Source: Candidatus Hydrogenedentota bacterium (GTDB lineage: Bacteria; Hydrogenedentota; Hydrogenedentia; Hydrogenedentales; GCA-2746185). From it: a stretch of 34,176 nucleotides of DNA. The translations under genes were made by a program, and so were the position numbers. Each line of letters begins with the position of its first letter. The first letter of the stretch is position 1. This document shows, piece by piece, positions 18,871 through 28,948 of the stretch. The notes beneath the pieces were generated by a model. It did no database searches. It saw only the letters and a list, made by a program, of their open reading frames with translations, and had not been told where the DNA came from. The stretch is from the NCBI GenBank assembly GCA_046583315.1, contig JAYGCN010000257.1:1-34176 (forward strand). The letters run 5' to 3'.

Positions 18871-20127
18871 ATGTGGGAACAAATACAATCCAACAAGCGT
18901 AAGACGTGGATCCTCGTCTTTGGCATGGCACTCGTGTTGCTCGGACTCGGTGCTGCCATTGGCGAATTCGCCGCACCCGGTGGTGGCTGGCTCTTCGGAC
19001 TGCTCGTCGCCTTCATCATCTGGCTCGTGATGGCCTCTGTTGCCTGGTTTAAGGGCGACAACATATTGCTTATGATGAGCGGTGCCCAGAAAATCGAATA
19101 CGACGACCATCCCACGCTTTACAACGTCGTCGAAGAAATGAAAATCGCCTCCGGACTCGACAAAATGCCCGCCGTCTACGTGGTGAACGACCTGTCACCC
19201 AACGCTTTTGCCGTCGGGCGAGACCCGGACAAAGCCGCTGTCGCCGTGACCGCAGGCCTGCTCGGTCGCCTGGATCGCGACGAGCTCCAGGGCGTCATCG
19301 CACACGAAATCGGGCACATCGTCAATCGCGACGTATTGCTCATGACCATGCTCGCGACCACGCTGGGCACCGTCAGCATTATTTCCGAAATCTTCCTGCG
19401 CTCGCTCTGGTATGGCGGTGCAACGCGTCGCTATTCATCCCGCTCGAAAAGCAGCAGCAACAACGGCCAGGCCCAAATGATCATGATGGTCGTTGCAATT
19501 GTCTTCGCCATTCTCGCCCCGCTGGCCGCACGACTCATCTATATGGCGGTCTCCCGCAAACGCGAATACCTCGCCGACGCGCAAGCGTCAGTCTTCACAC
19601 GATATCCAGAAGGACTTGCCTCAGCACTCGAAAAAATAAGCAGTGGCTCCGAACCGGTCGAAAAAGCCAGCAAGGCCACCGCAGCCATGTACATCATCAA
19701 TCCTTTCAAGAAGGCGAGCCTCAGTTCACTCACCGCCACGCATCCCCCGGCCGAAGATCGCATACGCATCCTGCGCGGCATCGGCAACATCGCGTCATAC
19801 GGAGCCTACCAACAAGCGTGGCAATCCGTGGGCGGTCGCTCCAAAGCCGTCGGCCTTCCAAAATCATCCCTACGCGACGACCAAGAATCCGACGTGCGCA
19901 AGGCCACTCCCGGAGGCAAGAAATCACAACGCGACCAGCTCCGTGAGGCCGGCGACCTCATGCGAAAGTTCAACGATTTCCTCTTCTTGTCCTGCGCCTG
20001 CGGCATGCGCTTCAAGATTCCCCCCGAATACAAGCACGATGCCATCAATTGCCCCAAATGCCACCGAACCAACCCCGTGCCCACCGCACAAATTGCCGCC
20101 GCGGCTGACGCAATCACCAAATCGTAG
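18871..20127 (+). CDS. htpX: M48 membrane zinc metalloprotease HtpX-like with C-terminal zinc ribbon
   Basis: PNAFAVG, ELQGVIAHEIGH, SRKREYLAD, LASALEKI, THPP; extension containing CACG...CPKC. Confidence 0.9.
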   Translation: MWEQIQSNKRKTWILVFGMALVLLGLGAAIGEFAAPGGGWLFGLLVAFIIWLVMASVAWFKGDNILLMMSGAQKIEYDDHPTLYNVVEEMKIASGLDKMPAVYVVNDLSPNAFAVGRDPDKAAVAVTAGLLGRLDRDELQGVIAHEIGHIVNRDVLLMTMLATTLGTVSIISEIFLRSLWYGGATRRYSSRSKSSSNNGQAQMIMMVVAIVFAILAPLAARLIYMAVSRKREYLADAQASVFTRYPEGLASALEKISSGSEPVEKASKATAAMYIINPFKKASLSSLTATHPPAEDRIRILRGIGNIASYGAYQQAWQSVGGRSKAVGLPKSSLRDDQESDVRKATPGGKKSQRDQLREAGDLMRKFNDFLFLSCACGMRFKIPPEYKHDAINCPKCHRTNPVPTAQIAAAADAITKS

Positions 20128-20132
20128 CTTAG

Positions 20133-20284
20133 TTGCACGGTTACGCGTCTATATGCTAGACTTCCTCGATTTTTAACTCAGGATTTCCTTGTAGCACCAT
20201 GTCGTTTCGGGTGTCCAGCGCATGCTGGATTGTGACGGCTGAGGGAATCCGGAAACCAACCCAAAAAAGGAGCACAGAAGAGCT
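20133..20284 (+). promoter_or_regulatory. rpsB promoter and structured S2 leader
   Basis: TTGCAC (20133-20138), 18 nt, (TGC)TAGACT (20157-20162); stem 20181-20190/20241-20250 enclosing a GGGTG stretch and hairpin TCCAGC/GCTGGA. Position matches known S2 autoregulatory leaders. Confidence 0.6.
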
Positions 20285-21178
20285 ATGGCTACGATTTCTA
20301 TGAAAGAACTGCTGGAAGCCGGTATTCACTTCGGTCACCAGACCCGCCGCTGGAATCCCAAAATGGGGCGTTACATCTTCGGAGAACGTCACGGGATCTA
20401 CATCATCGACCTGCAAAAGACGCTTCGTCAAATGCAGCGCGCCTACATCGCCGTACGCGACACCGTCGCCGCTGGCGGAGACGTCCTCTTCGTCGGAACC
20501 AAGAAACAGGCTCAAGAGCCCGTCAAGGTTCAGGCTGAACGTTGCGGCATGTACTACATCAACAATCGCTGGCTCGGCGGTACGCTGACCAACTGGCAGA
20601 CCATCCAGAACAGCATCGCGACCCTTACACGCCTTCAAGACATGGAAGAGTCCGGCAAGATTGATGCAAACTACAAGAAAAAAGAAGCGACCGTGATGCG
20701 AAAGCGTCGTGACAAGCTTGAGAAAAACCTTGGTGGCATCCAGAAAATGGACGGCCCGCCCAAACTGATGTTCATCGTTGATTCCCACCGCGAATCGATT
20801 GCCGTCGCTGAAGCGTCGCGCTTGGACATCACCAGCGTCGCCATCTGTGACACGAACAGCGACCCCGACGTCATCGACATCCCGATCCCCGGCAACGACG
20901 ATGCTATCCGCGCCATCAACCTGTTCTGTTCAATCGTGGCCGATGCGGTGCTCGAAGGCCGCATGCGTTACGACAAGGCTCAGGAAGAAGAAGCCGCGAA
21001 ACGCAAGGCCAAGTCTGCCGAAGAGACTGTGAAGTCGGACAAGCTGAGCAAACAACAGGCGAAAGATCTCGATGCCGCTGCACCAGCTGATGCTGCGCCT
21101 GCGGAAGAATCTGCACCTGCTAAGGAAGCGCCTGCTGAAGAAGCGACTACCGAGGCAACGGAAAAGACGGCTGAATAG
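20285..21178 (+). CDS. rpsB: 30S ribosomal protein S2 with acidic Ala/Pro/Glu tail
   Basis: [46 protein letters not shown]. Confidence 0.99.
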   Translation: MATISMKELLEAGIHFGHQTRRWNPKMGRYIFGERHGIYIIDLQKTLRQMQRAYIAVRDTVAAGGDVLFVGTKKQAQEPVKVQAERCGMYYINNRWLGGTLTNWQTIQNSIATLTRLQDMEESGKIDANYKKKEATVMRKRRDKLEKNLGGIQKMDGPPKLMFIVDSHRESIAVAEASRLDITSVAICDTNSDPDVIDIPIPGNDDAIRAINLFCSIVADAVLEGRMRYDKAQEEEAAKRKAKSAEETVKSDKLSKQQAKDLDAAAPADAAPAEESAPAKEAPAEEATTEATEKTAE

Positions 21179-21253
21179 TTTTTTCGACCTGCTTCGATCC
21201 CAATCATCCTCAACCTACTGCACTGCATAGAACGATAAGGAGTACTGTGTACT

Positions 21254-21913
21254 ATGAGCATTTCTGCGAAAGACGTGAAAGCCCTGCGCGATAAGTCCGG
21301 CGCGGGCATGATGGATTGTAAAAAAGCCCTCACCGAAACCAACGGTGATGTTGAAGCGGCTACCGTTTGGCTACGTGAAAAAGGCATGGCCAGCGCCGCA
21401 AAGCGTGCCGACAGAACCGCCAGCAATGGCGCCGTAGCCTCCTATATTCACATGGGCGGTAAGATGGGCGTACTGGTCGAAATTAACTGCGAAACCGATT
21501 TCGTAGCCAAAGGCGAAAAGTTCCAGGGCCTGTGCAAAGACATCTGTCTGCAAATTTGCTCGGCGGCCCCGCGATGGATACGTCGTGAAGAAGTTCCACA
21601 GGACATTGTCGACGCTGAAAAAGAACTCTACATCACACAGATGAAAGACAGTGGAAAACCTGAAAATATTCTCGCGAAGATCGCCGAAGGAAAAATCGGA
21701 AAATTCTACGAAGAAAACTGCCTGCTTGAACAGGGTTTCGTTAAAGAACCGAAGGTGAAAATCGAAGACATGCTTAAAGAGCTCAGTGGCTCCGTTGGCG
21801 AAAAAATCGAAGTGCGTCGCTTCGAGCGTTACGTGCTCGGCGAAGGCATCGAAAAAGAAGCAGTCGACTTTGCAGACGAAGTAGCCCAAGCCGTTAAAGA
21901 TTCCGAAGGATAG
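21254..21913 (+). CDS. tsf: Elongation factor Ts (short form)
   Basis: LRDKSGAGMMDCKKAL, VEINCETDFVA. Confidence 0.98.
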   Translation: MSISAKDVKALRDKSGAGMMDCKKALTETNGDVEAATVWLREKGMASAAKRADRTASNGAVASYIHMGGKMGVLVEINCETDFVAKGEKFQGLCKDICLQICSAAPRWIRREEVPQDIVDAEKELYITQMKDSGKPENILAKIAEGKIGKFYEENCLLEQGFVKEPKVKIEDMLKELSGSVGEKIEVRRFERYVLGEGIEKEAVDFADEVAQAVKDSEG

Positions 21914-21922
21914 GCATCACCC

Positions 21923-22642
21923 GTGTCCAAACCCATCTACAAACGCATCCTGCTCAAACTCAGCGGTGAAGCCCTCGAAGGCAATCAGGGCGGCGGCATC
22001 GACTTTAACGTCGTAGGCGGTTACTGTGACGAAATCAAGCAGGCATGCGAGTTGGGCGTGGAAATCGGGCTGGTCGTCGGCGGTGGAAACATCTTCCGCG
22101 GCTCGGAAGGCGTGAACTCCGGCCTGGATAAACCGACCGGCGATTACATGGGCATGCTCGCAACCATGATCAATGCCCTCGCCCTTCAAGCGGGACTGGA
22201 AGCCCGGGGCGTCGAATCCCGCGTATTGACCGCCATCGAAATGCGTCCTGTCGCCGAGCCGTACATCCGACGACGCGCCGTTCGGCATCTGGAGAAAGGC
22301 CGCGTGGTCATCTTCGGTGCGGGGACGGGTAATCCTTTCTTCACGACAGACACCGCAGCAGCCCTGCGCGCGAGCGAAATAGGTGCGGAAATCCTGCTTA
22401 AAGCGACCAAAGTAGACGGCATCTATGACAGTGACCCGGTCACGAATCCAGACGCAATACGGTACACCGAGGTAGGCTATACTGAGGTACTATCGAAGAA
22501 TCTGGGCGTGATGGATGCTACCGCTATCTCGTTATGCCGAGAAAATAACCTGCCCATTCTCGTTTTTAACTTGAACGGCACGGGAAATATAGTAAAATCA
22601 GTGCTCGGCGAAAAAATCGGCACCGTCGTCAAAGGAGACTAG
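21923..22642 (+). CDS. pyrH: UMP kinase
   Basis: [44 protein letters not shown] start. Confidence 0.98.
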   Translation: MSKPIYKRILLKLSGEALEGNQGGGIDFNVVGGYCDEIKQACELGVEIGLVVGGGNIFRGSEGVNSGLDKPTGDYMGMLATMINALALQAGLEARGVESRVLTAIEMRPVAEPYIRRRAVRHLEKGRVVIFGAGTGNPFFTTDTAAALRASEIGAEILLKATKVDGIYDSDPVTNPDAIRYTEVGYTEVLSKNLGVMDATAISLCRENNLPILVFNLNGTGNIVKSVLGEKIGTVVKGD

Positions 22643-22645
22643 GGC

Positions 22646-23203
22646 ATGGAACACGAAGCATTGATCGAAGCAGAAGACAAGATGGGCAAAAGTCTGCAAT
22701 CCTTCTCACAGGAAATTTTGCACATTCGCACCGGTCGCGCATCCGTCGGGCTACTTGACAGTATCGAAGTCGACAGCTACGGTTCCAAAATGAAGTTGAA
22801 TCAGCTGGCCACGGTGTCCGCACCCGAAGCGCGCCTGCTCACAGTTCAGCCCTGGGACAAATCACAGATCGAACCCATCGAAAAAGCCATCATGGCCTCG
22901 CCCTTGGACCTCACCCCGGCGAACGACGGAACCATCATCCGCTTGCCTCTCCCGGAGCTCAGTGAAGACCGTCGCAAGGAATATGTCAAACTCATCGGCA
23001 AACTCGCCGAAGACGCGCGGATATCCATTCGAAACATTCGTCGTACCGATATGGAAATCATCAAGAAGGGCCAGAAAGATGGCGAGATTCCCGAGGACGA
23101 CGCGCACAAGCTAACCGACTCCTTGCAGAAACTCACAGACAGCTACATCAAAAAAGTAGATGACGCGTTCAAGGCCAAAGACGCCGAAATCATGGAAGTC
23201 TAA
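22646..23203 (+). CDS. frr: Ribosome recycling factor
   Basis: IRTGRAS, PEARLLTVQPWDK, LSEDRRKE, RISIRNIRR. Confidence 0.98.
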   Translation: MEHEALIEAEDKMGKSLQSFSQEILHIRTGRASVGLLDSIEVDSYGSKMKLNQLATVSAPEARLLTVQPWDKSQIEPIEKAIMASPLDLTPANDGTIIRLPLPELSEDRRKEYVKLIGKLAEDARISIRNIRRTDMEIIKKGQKDGEIPEDDAHKLTDSLQKLTDSYIKKVDDAFKAKDAEIMEV

Positions 23204-23240
23204 CGCATATGCAGCTTTGACGAAATAACTTGTATGAACC

Positions 23241-23279
23241 AACCGCGGCTGGTGTATTGCACCATTCGCGGTTTTTTTT
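23241..23279 (+). terminator. Intrinsic terminator after frr
   Basis: AACCGCG-GC-TGGTG / CACCA-TT-CGCGGTT stem followed by a T run. Confidence 0.75.
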
Positions 23280-23306
23280 GAAACTTTAGCAACAAAGGAT
23301 ACTCCG

Positions 23307-24035
23307 GTGAGCACCACGGAACTTGACCCGAAAAAAATACCGCGCCACATCGCCATCATCATGGACGGAAACGGCCGATGGGCAAAAAAGAACCGGGTCA
23401 CTCGCATACGCGGTCACGAAGCCGGGGCCAAAAGCGTGCGCACCATCACCGAAGCCTGTCGCGAAACAGCGGGCATTCAATCCCTCACCCTCTACGCCTT
23501 CTCCACCGAAAACTGGCGGCGCTCCAAGACCGAAGTCTCTGCACTCTTCCGCCTACTCAGTAAATACATCAAACTCGAAGTCGATAACCTGCACGCCGAG
23601 GACATCCGCGTCGAGTTCATGGGCCGCAAAGACGGACTCTCCAAACGCCTGCTCGACGAAATGGACGCCAGCGTCGACAAAACCAAAAACAACCAATCAA
23701 TGGTTCTCAATCTCGCGGTAAACTACGGGAGCCGCGCCGAATTGGTCGATGCCTGCAAGTCCATCGCCTACGAAGTCAAATCCGGCAAACGCTCCATCAA
23801 ATCCATCGACGAAGACACTATCGGCGAACACCTCTACCTGCCCGAACTCCGGGATGTCGACCTGCTCATCCGCACCAGCGGCGAAATGCGGCTCAGCAAC
23901 TTCATGCTCTGGCAACTTTCCTACGCAGAACTCGTCGTCACCAAAACGCTGTGGCCCGATTTCCGCAAACGCCACCTCCTACAGGCCATCCGCGAATACC
24001 AGTCCCGCAACCGTAAATTCGGAGGGCGCAACTAA
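23307..24035 (+). CDS. uppS: Undecaprenyl diphosphate synthase (isoprenyl transferase)
   Basis: HIAIIMDGNGRWA, YAFSTENWRR, DLLIRTSGEMRLSNFMLWQ, LWPDF. Confidence 0.98.
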   Translation: MSTTELDPKKIPRHIAIIMDGNGRWAKKNRVTRIRGHEAGAKSVRTITEACRETAGIQSLTLYAFSTENWRRSKTEVSALFRLLSKYIKLEVDNLHAEDIRVEFMGRKDGLSKRLLDEMDASVDKTKNNQSMVLNLAVNYGSRAELVDACKSIAYEVKSGKRSIKSIDEDTIGEHLYLPELRDVDLLIRTSGEMRLSNFMLWQLSYAELVVTKTLWPDFRKRHLLQAIREYQSRNRKFGGRN

Positions 24036-24854
24036 ATGAGTGGGTTAGGCACACGGATCGCCACGGCACTGATTCTCGTATCGGTGTTTCTCTCGCTACT
24101 GTGGATCCCGATACTCGCCCCATTATTTTATGCCTTCGTGCTCGTGTTGGCTGGAGTGGGGTTGGTCGAATTTGTTGCGCTTGTCCGACACAACGACTCG
24201 GTCAACATCAAACACTTATTGATATTCGGATTCACGATATTCTGCTACCAATACGACGGTACACTCGCCGAACTCAATGCCCTAACCGTGGCCGCCTCCA
24301 TCCTGACCGTCTTCCTGCTTATCATCACCTCGAACGCGACCATCACGTCGCTTCTGGGTACCGTCGGTGGATTCGTCTATGTCATGTGGACGGCCTCTCA
24401 CGTCAACTTGCTCTTTGGCATACCCGATGTCGGTAGAGGCCTGGTGATGGCGATGGTGGTTGCAGTCGCCGTGACAGATGTCGGAGCCTACTTCGTGGGA
24501 AAATCGATCGGTGCGCATAAACTCGCGCCAGTAGTAAGTCCCAACAAGACGTGGGAAGGCGCGATCGGCGGATTCGTTGTCGCTGGTATCGGTATGGCGG
24601 TGCTCTGGCAGTTGCGATCCTCCCTTGAGTGGACCTCCTACCCGGATTGGTCTCTTTGGATCTACGTTGGCGTAGGAGCTGTTCTTTCGGTCGCAGGTCA
24701 GGTCGGCGACCTCTTTCAATCCGCACTTAAGCGGGACGCAGGTGTAAAAGATTCTGGAAACATCTTTCCAGGCCATGGCGGGATATTGGACCGATGTGAC
24801 GGGTTCCTCTTTGCCGCGCCCGTACTATATTACTTTGTAGAATTTCTAGGGTAA
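24036..24854 (+). CDS. cdsA: Phosphatidate cytidylyltransferase
   Basis: Polytopic membrane protein; SPNKTWEG, GDLFQSALKRDAGVKDSG, PGHGGILDRCD. Confidence 0.96.
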   Translation: MSGLGTRIATALILVSVFLSLLWIPILAPLFYAFVLVLAGVGLVEFVALVRHNDSVNIKHLLIFGFTIFCYQYDGTLAELNALTVAASILTVFLLIITSNATITSLLGTVGGFVYVMWTASHVNLLFGIPDVGRGLVMAMVVAVAVTDVGAYFVGKSIGAHKLAPVVSPNKTWEGAIGGFVVAGIGMAVLWQLRSSLEWTSYPDWSLWIYVGVGAVLSVAGQVGDLFQSALKRDAGVKDSGNIFPGHGGILDRCDGFLFAAPVLYYFVEFLG

Positions 24855-24863
24855 CCAAAGAAC

Positions 24864-25973
24864 ATGTTTGAAGACGAAGCAACAAAAATAGACGGCTACG
24901 TGAAACGTATCAGCGAGTTACGCACTGCGCTCAACGTAGACGATGTCCGGAAAGAAATTGGCGCCCTCGAAGCTACCATGTCCCAGCCGAATTTCTGGGA
25001 CAATCCCGATGCTGCCCAGGAGACGGTCCAGAAACTCAAGCAGCTCAAGAGCACCATCGAAGCACCGGAAGCCCTCATGGGTGAACTCGAAGACGGCCAG
25101 GTCCTGATCGAAATGGCTCAGGAAGAAAATGACGAATCGATGAGCGAGGAAGTGGCGACGCTGGCTACCGATCTTGAAGAAAGACTCCTGCAAGTCGAAC
25201 TGCAATGCATGCTCAACGATCCGCGCGACTCCAAAAACGCCATTGTCAGCATTCACCCCGGTGCCGGTGGCACAGAATCGTGTGACTGGGCGGGCATGTT
25301 GTATCGCATGCTGCAACGCTTCTGCGAGCGACGTGAATTCAAATTGGAGGTGCTGGACTACCAGGACGGAGACGAAGCAGGCATCAAAAGCGTCAGTTTC
25401 ATGGTCTCCGGCCCCATGGCCTACGGCTACCTGAAATCCGAAGCAGGTGTACACCGACTCGTGCGCATTTCCCCCTTCAATGCCCAGGGCAAACGCCAGA
25501 CCTCTTTCGCTGCGGTTGAAGTCTTGACCGAAATTGACGACAATATCGACATTGAAGTACGGGACGAAGACATTCGAATGGACGTATTTCGTGCGAGCGG
25601 TGCCGGGGGACAACACGTGAACAAGACGAGTTCCGCCGTCCGCATCACGCACCTGGAGACGGGCATCGTGGTGCAGTGCCAGGCGGGACGTTCCCAGCAC
25701 AAGAACCGCGACCAGGCAATTAACATGCTCAAGGCAAAACTGTATGATATCGAGATGAAGAAAAAGCAGGATGAACTCGATTCGCAACGGGACGGGCATC
25801 AGGAAGTCGCGTGGGGTAGCCAAATTCGCAGCTACGTCATGCAGCCCTACCAGATGATCAAAGATCACCGGACGAATTGCGAATCAGGCAATGTAACAAA
25901 AGTAATGGACGGCTATCTCGAGCCATTCATCGAAAGCTTTCTAAAATGGAAACTAGAACAAAAGCATAACTAA
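24864..25973 (+). CDS. prfB: Peptide chain release factor 2, single uninterrupted ORF
   Basis: GAGGTESCDWA, SPF specificity motif (HRLVRISPF), RASGAGGQHVN, WGSQIRSYV. Confidence 0.98.
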   Translation: MFEDEATKIDGYVKRISELRTALNVDDVRKEIGALEATMSQPNFWDNPDAAQETVQKLKQLKSTIEAPEALMGELEDGQVLIEMAQEENDESMSEEVATLATDLEERLLQVELQCMLNDPRDSKNAIVSIHPGAGGTESCDWAGMLYRMLQRFCERREFKLEVLDYQDGDEAGIKSVSFMVSGPMAYGYLKSEAGVHRLVRISPFNAQGKRQTSFAAVEVLTEIDDNIDIEVRDEDIRMDVFRASGAGGQHVNKTSSAVRITHLETGIVVQCQAGRSQHKNRDQAINMLKAKLYDIEMKKKQDELDSQRDGHQEVAWGSQIRSYVMQPYQMIKDHRTNCESGNVTKVMDGYLEPFIESFLKWKLEQKHN

Positions 25974-26140
25974 CTTACTTTCTTTTTGATAAAAGAAAGT
26001 AAGCAAAGAAAAACCGGGAAATACTTTGTATTTCCTGACTAAAGCACGCATTACCTCAATGAGGATACGAAGTATCCGTCGGTCTTTCTTTTGCTTTTAT
26101 ATGCCGTCCGGAAGGACCTTTCTTCCCAGAAAGAAAAGAT
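25974..26140. repeat. Palindromic AT-rich repeat element, two-armed copy
   Basis: 13-bp hairpin CTTACTTTCTTTT/AAAAGAAAGTAAG, then CAAAGAAAAACCG, then hairpin GGAAATAC-TTT-GTATTTCC; mirrored arm GGATAC-GAA-GTATCC, CGGTCTTTCTTTTGCTT and a degenerate CTTTCT/AGAAAG hairpin. Confidence 0.75.
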
Positions 26141-26167
26141 GCACGGTTAAAGGAATAGGAATAAAAA

Positions 26168-27658
26168 ATGTCAGACGAACTTACACAACACAGGTTAGAC
26201 AAATTGGAACGCATTCGCGAACGCGGAGACGTACCTTATAAATACGACTATCGCCGAAGCATGACTATCGCCGAAGCGCGTACCGCTCTCGAAGCAGCCG
26301 AAGCGAAAATGCCCGAAGACTCCGAAGACAAAGCCACAATCGAAAATCTGGCATTGGCCGGACGTATGATCGCGACCCGTGGACAGGGCAAGGTCACTTT
26401 CGCCGATATCCGCGACGAAAATGCCAAAATACAGGTGTTTTTGAAGAAAAATACACTCGGCGACGAGTCCTACGAAGCCCTCAAAGATCTCGACATCGGC
26501 GACTTTATCGGCGTGACCGGCACTGTCAAGCGAACCAACAAAGGCGAGATCACCATCTTCGCCGAGTCATGGATCATCCTCACCAAAACGCTCCGCGCGT
26601 TGCCCGAGAAGTACCACGGCCTTACCGACGTGGAGACCCGCTATCGCCAGCGCTACCTCGACATGATTTCAAATCCCGAAGTGCTCGACACCTTCAAGGT
26701 CCGTATCAAGATGGTGTCTGTGATGCGCCGTGTACTGGAGGACGACGGCTATCTCGAAGTGGAAACACCGATGATGCATCCCATCGCCGGTGGCGCGACG
26801 GCACGCCCGTTCATCACGCATCACAACACCTACGACCGCGATCTCTTCATGCGCATTGCGCCAGAGCTCTATCTCAAGAAACTCATCGTCGGCGGTTTTG
26901 AGAAAGTCTTCGAAATCAATCGCTGTTTCCGGAACGAAGGCGTGGACACCAAGCACAACCCCGAATTCACTTCCATGGAACTCTACAAAGCCTATGAAGA
27001 TTACGAAGGCCTCATGGACGACACCGAAGCACTCTTCAAACGCACCATCGAAGGTACCATCGGATCGCTCAGTTTCGACTACCAGGGCGACACCATCGAC
27101 TGCTCCGGCATATGGCGGCGCATCACCCTCTTCGACGCCATCCGCGAATACGCCGGGGTCGACCTTGAGCAAACCCGCGACAAAGCCGAAGCCGCCGCTC
27201 TCGCGAAAGGTGTCGGCGTAGAATGTGACGAATCCATGGGTTACGGCAAAATTGTCGACGAAGTATTCTCGGAAAGAGTTCAGCCGCACCTAATCCAGCC
27301 GACCTTCCTCTATGATCACCCCATCGAGTTGTCCCCCTTGGCCAAGAAGAAGCGCGATAACCCTGCATTGACCGAGCGTTTTCAGGCCATTATCGGTAAA
27401 TTGGAACTTTGTAATGCCTTTTCGGAATTAAATGACCCGATTGACCAACGCGAACGATTCGAAGCACAGGGGGAATTGCGTGATGCAGGGGACGACGAAG
27501 CCCAGCCGCTCGACGAAGACTTTATCACCGCGCTGGAAATCGGTATGCCTCCGACGGCAGGGCTCGGCATCGGTATCGACCGGCTCGCGATGTTACTGAC
27601 GGACTCCGCGTCGATTCGTGAAGTCATCATGTTCCCGCAACTACGCACGATTCAATAA
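26168..27658 (+). CDS. lysS: Lysine--tRNA ligase (class II)
   Basis: LPEKYHGL, RYRQRYLD, GGATARPF, MRIAPELYLK, FRNEG, HNPEF, GMPPTAGLGIGIDRL. Confidence 0.99.
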   Translation: MSDELTQHRLDKLERIRERGDVPYKYDYRRSMTIAEARTALEAAEAKMPEDSEDKATIENLALAGRMIATRGQGKVTFADIRDENAKIQVFLKKNTLGDESYEALKDLDIGDFIGVTGTVKRTNKGEITIFAESWIILTKTLRALPEKYHGLTDVETRYRQRYLDMISNPEVLDTFKVRIKMVSVMRRVLEDDGYLEVETPMMHPIAGGATARPFITHHNTYDRDLFMRIAPELYLKKLIVGGFEKVFEINRCFRNEGVDTKHNPEFTSMELYKAYEDYEGLMDDTEALFKRTIEGTIGSLSFDYQGDTIDCSGIWRRITLFDAIREYAGVDLEQTRDKAEAAALAKGVGVECDESMGYGKIVDEVFSERVQPHLIQPTFLYDHPIELSPLAKKKRDNPALTERFQAIIGKLELCNAFSELNDPIDQRERFEAQGELRDAGDDEAQPLDEDFITALEIGMPPTAGLGIGIDRLAMLLTDSASIREVIMFPQLRTIQ

Positions 27659-27673
27659 CTACAGGACCCGCCC

Positions 27674-28948
27674 ATGCGATTCGAAAGCTACGTGGCACTG
27701 CGCTACCTTCGCGGCAAGCGCAAGAACCGATTCGTCAGCCTCATCACGCTGATTTCGGTCGCCGGTGTCAGCGTGGGCGTCATGGCACTCATCGTCGTGA
27801 TGTCGGTCATGACCGGTTTCGACAACGCGTTGCGCGACACCATCGTCGGCAATCGCTCGCACTTCCAGGTCATGGACCCCATCAGCGATACGATGGTGAA
27901 CCATGAAGAGGTCATTAATGAGATCGAAGCGTTGTGTCCGGAAATCATCGCGTCCAGTCCCGTAGTGCAGATTCTGGGCATGATCGAAAACAAGTCTGGT
28001 TTCATCAAGAGCGACGTTCGGGCGCCAGCCTACGTAGTCGGAATCGATCCGAAACGCGAATCACTGGTCACCGATCTGGGTGAAAACCTCACGCACAACG
28101 ACGGGCGCCAGTTCGGGCGCGGTAAATTACCCGAAAACAAGAAGGACGTCGTTCTCGGATACATCCTGGCCAGCAACCTCGGGGTCACAGTAGGTGATCG
28201 CATCGGCGTGCTCACGATGAAGACGAAGGTCAACCCGATGGGCATGCGACGCGGCGAGATGACGATTCTCACGGTCAGCGGTATATCGCATTCGCAAATG
28301 CACGAATTCGACGCGGGAACGGCTTGGGTTAACCTGGAGACGATGAAGTTGCTCAGCGGTAAAAAGGGGGTCGATGGCGTTCATTGTAAAATAGACGACC
28401 CTCAATTGGCCCAACTGTATAAAGACCGTATTGTTGCAAACACCGACTATCGCGTGGTGACCTGGTACGAAAATCAGCAGGCTTTCTTTGATGCGCTACG
28501 CCAAGAAAAACTCGCCATGTTCATCATCCTCGTGTTCATCATCCTCGTCGCCGCCTTCAACATCACCAGCACGCTCATCATGATGGTCATGGAGAAGCAA
28601 CGCGACATTGGCATCCTGCGCACGCTCGGTTCAAGCTCCGGCTCCATCCTGAAACTCTTCATGATTGAAGGCCTGCTCATCGGACTCGGCGGCACCTTCG
28701 CGGGTGTTATCCTCGGCACGCTGCTCGCCTACAACATCAACCCCGTCGCGGAATTCCTCGCGTCTTTGCTCGGTATCGATCTCTTCAACAGCCAAATCTA
28801 TTACTTCGACCGCATCCCAACCGATGTCGTTCCGATAGACGTGTTGTATATCACGATCGCCTCCATCATCCTGAGCTTCCTGTCGACGCTATACCCGGCG
28901 TGGAGCGCGTCGCGTCTCAAACCTGTGGATGCCCTTCGTTATGAGTAA
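27674..28948 (+). CDS. Lipoprotein-releasing ABC transporter permease (LolC/E family)
   Basis: VALRYLR, GVMALIVVMSVMTGF, VAAFNITSTL, DIGILRTLG, LYPAWSAS...ALRYE. Confidence 0.93.
   Translation: MRFESYVALRYLRGKRKNRFVSLITLISVAGVSVGVMALIVVMSVMTGFDNALRDTIVGNRSHFQVMDPISDTMVNHEEVINEIEALCPEIIASSPVVQILGMIENKSGFIKSDVRAPAYVVGIDPKRESLVTDLGENLTHNDGRQFGRGKLPENKKDVVLGYILASNLGVTVGDRIGVLTMKTKVNPMGMRRGEMTILTVSGISHSQMHEFDAGTAWVNLETMKLLSGKKGVDGVHCKIDDPQLAQLYKDRIVANTDYRVVTWYENQQAFFDALRQEKLAMFIILVFIILVAAFNITSTLIMMVMEKQRDIGILRTLGSSSGSILKLFMIEGLLIGLGGTFAGVILGTLLAYNINPVAEFLASLLGIDLFNSQIYYFDRIPTDVVPIDVLYITIASIILSFLSTLYPAWSASRLKPVDALRYE

Noticed and set aside
21000..21178. Ala/Pro/Glu low-complexity tail of S2 and short EF-Ts
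   Set aside because: Both are widespread known variants.
24918..25868. 316-aa - strand ORF
   Set aside because: Antisense to the clearly conserved prfB; no independent evidence.
26026..26241. 71-aa + ORF between prfB and lysS
   Set aside because: Lies in the palindromic repeat, has a TTG start without an RBS and overlaps lysS out of frame.
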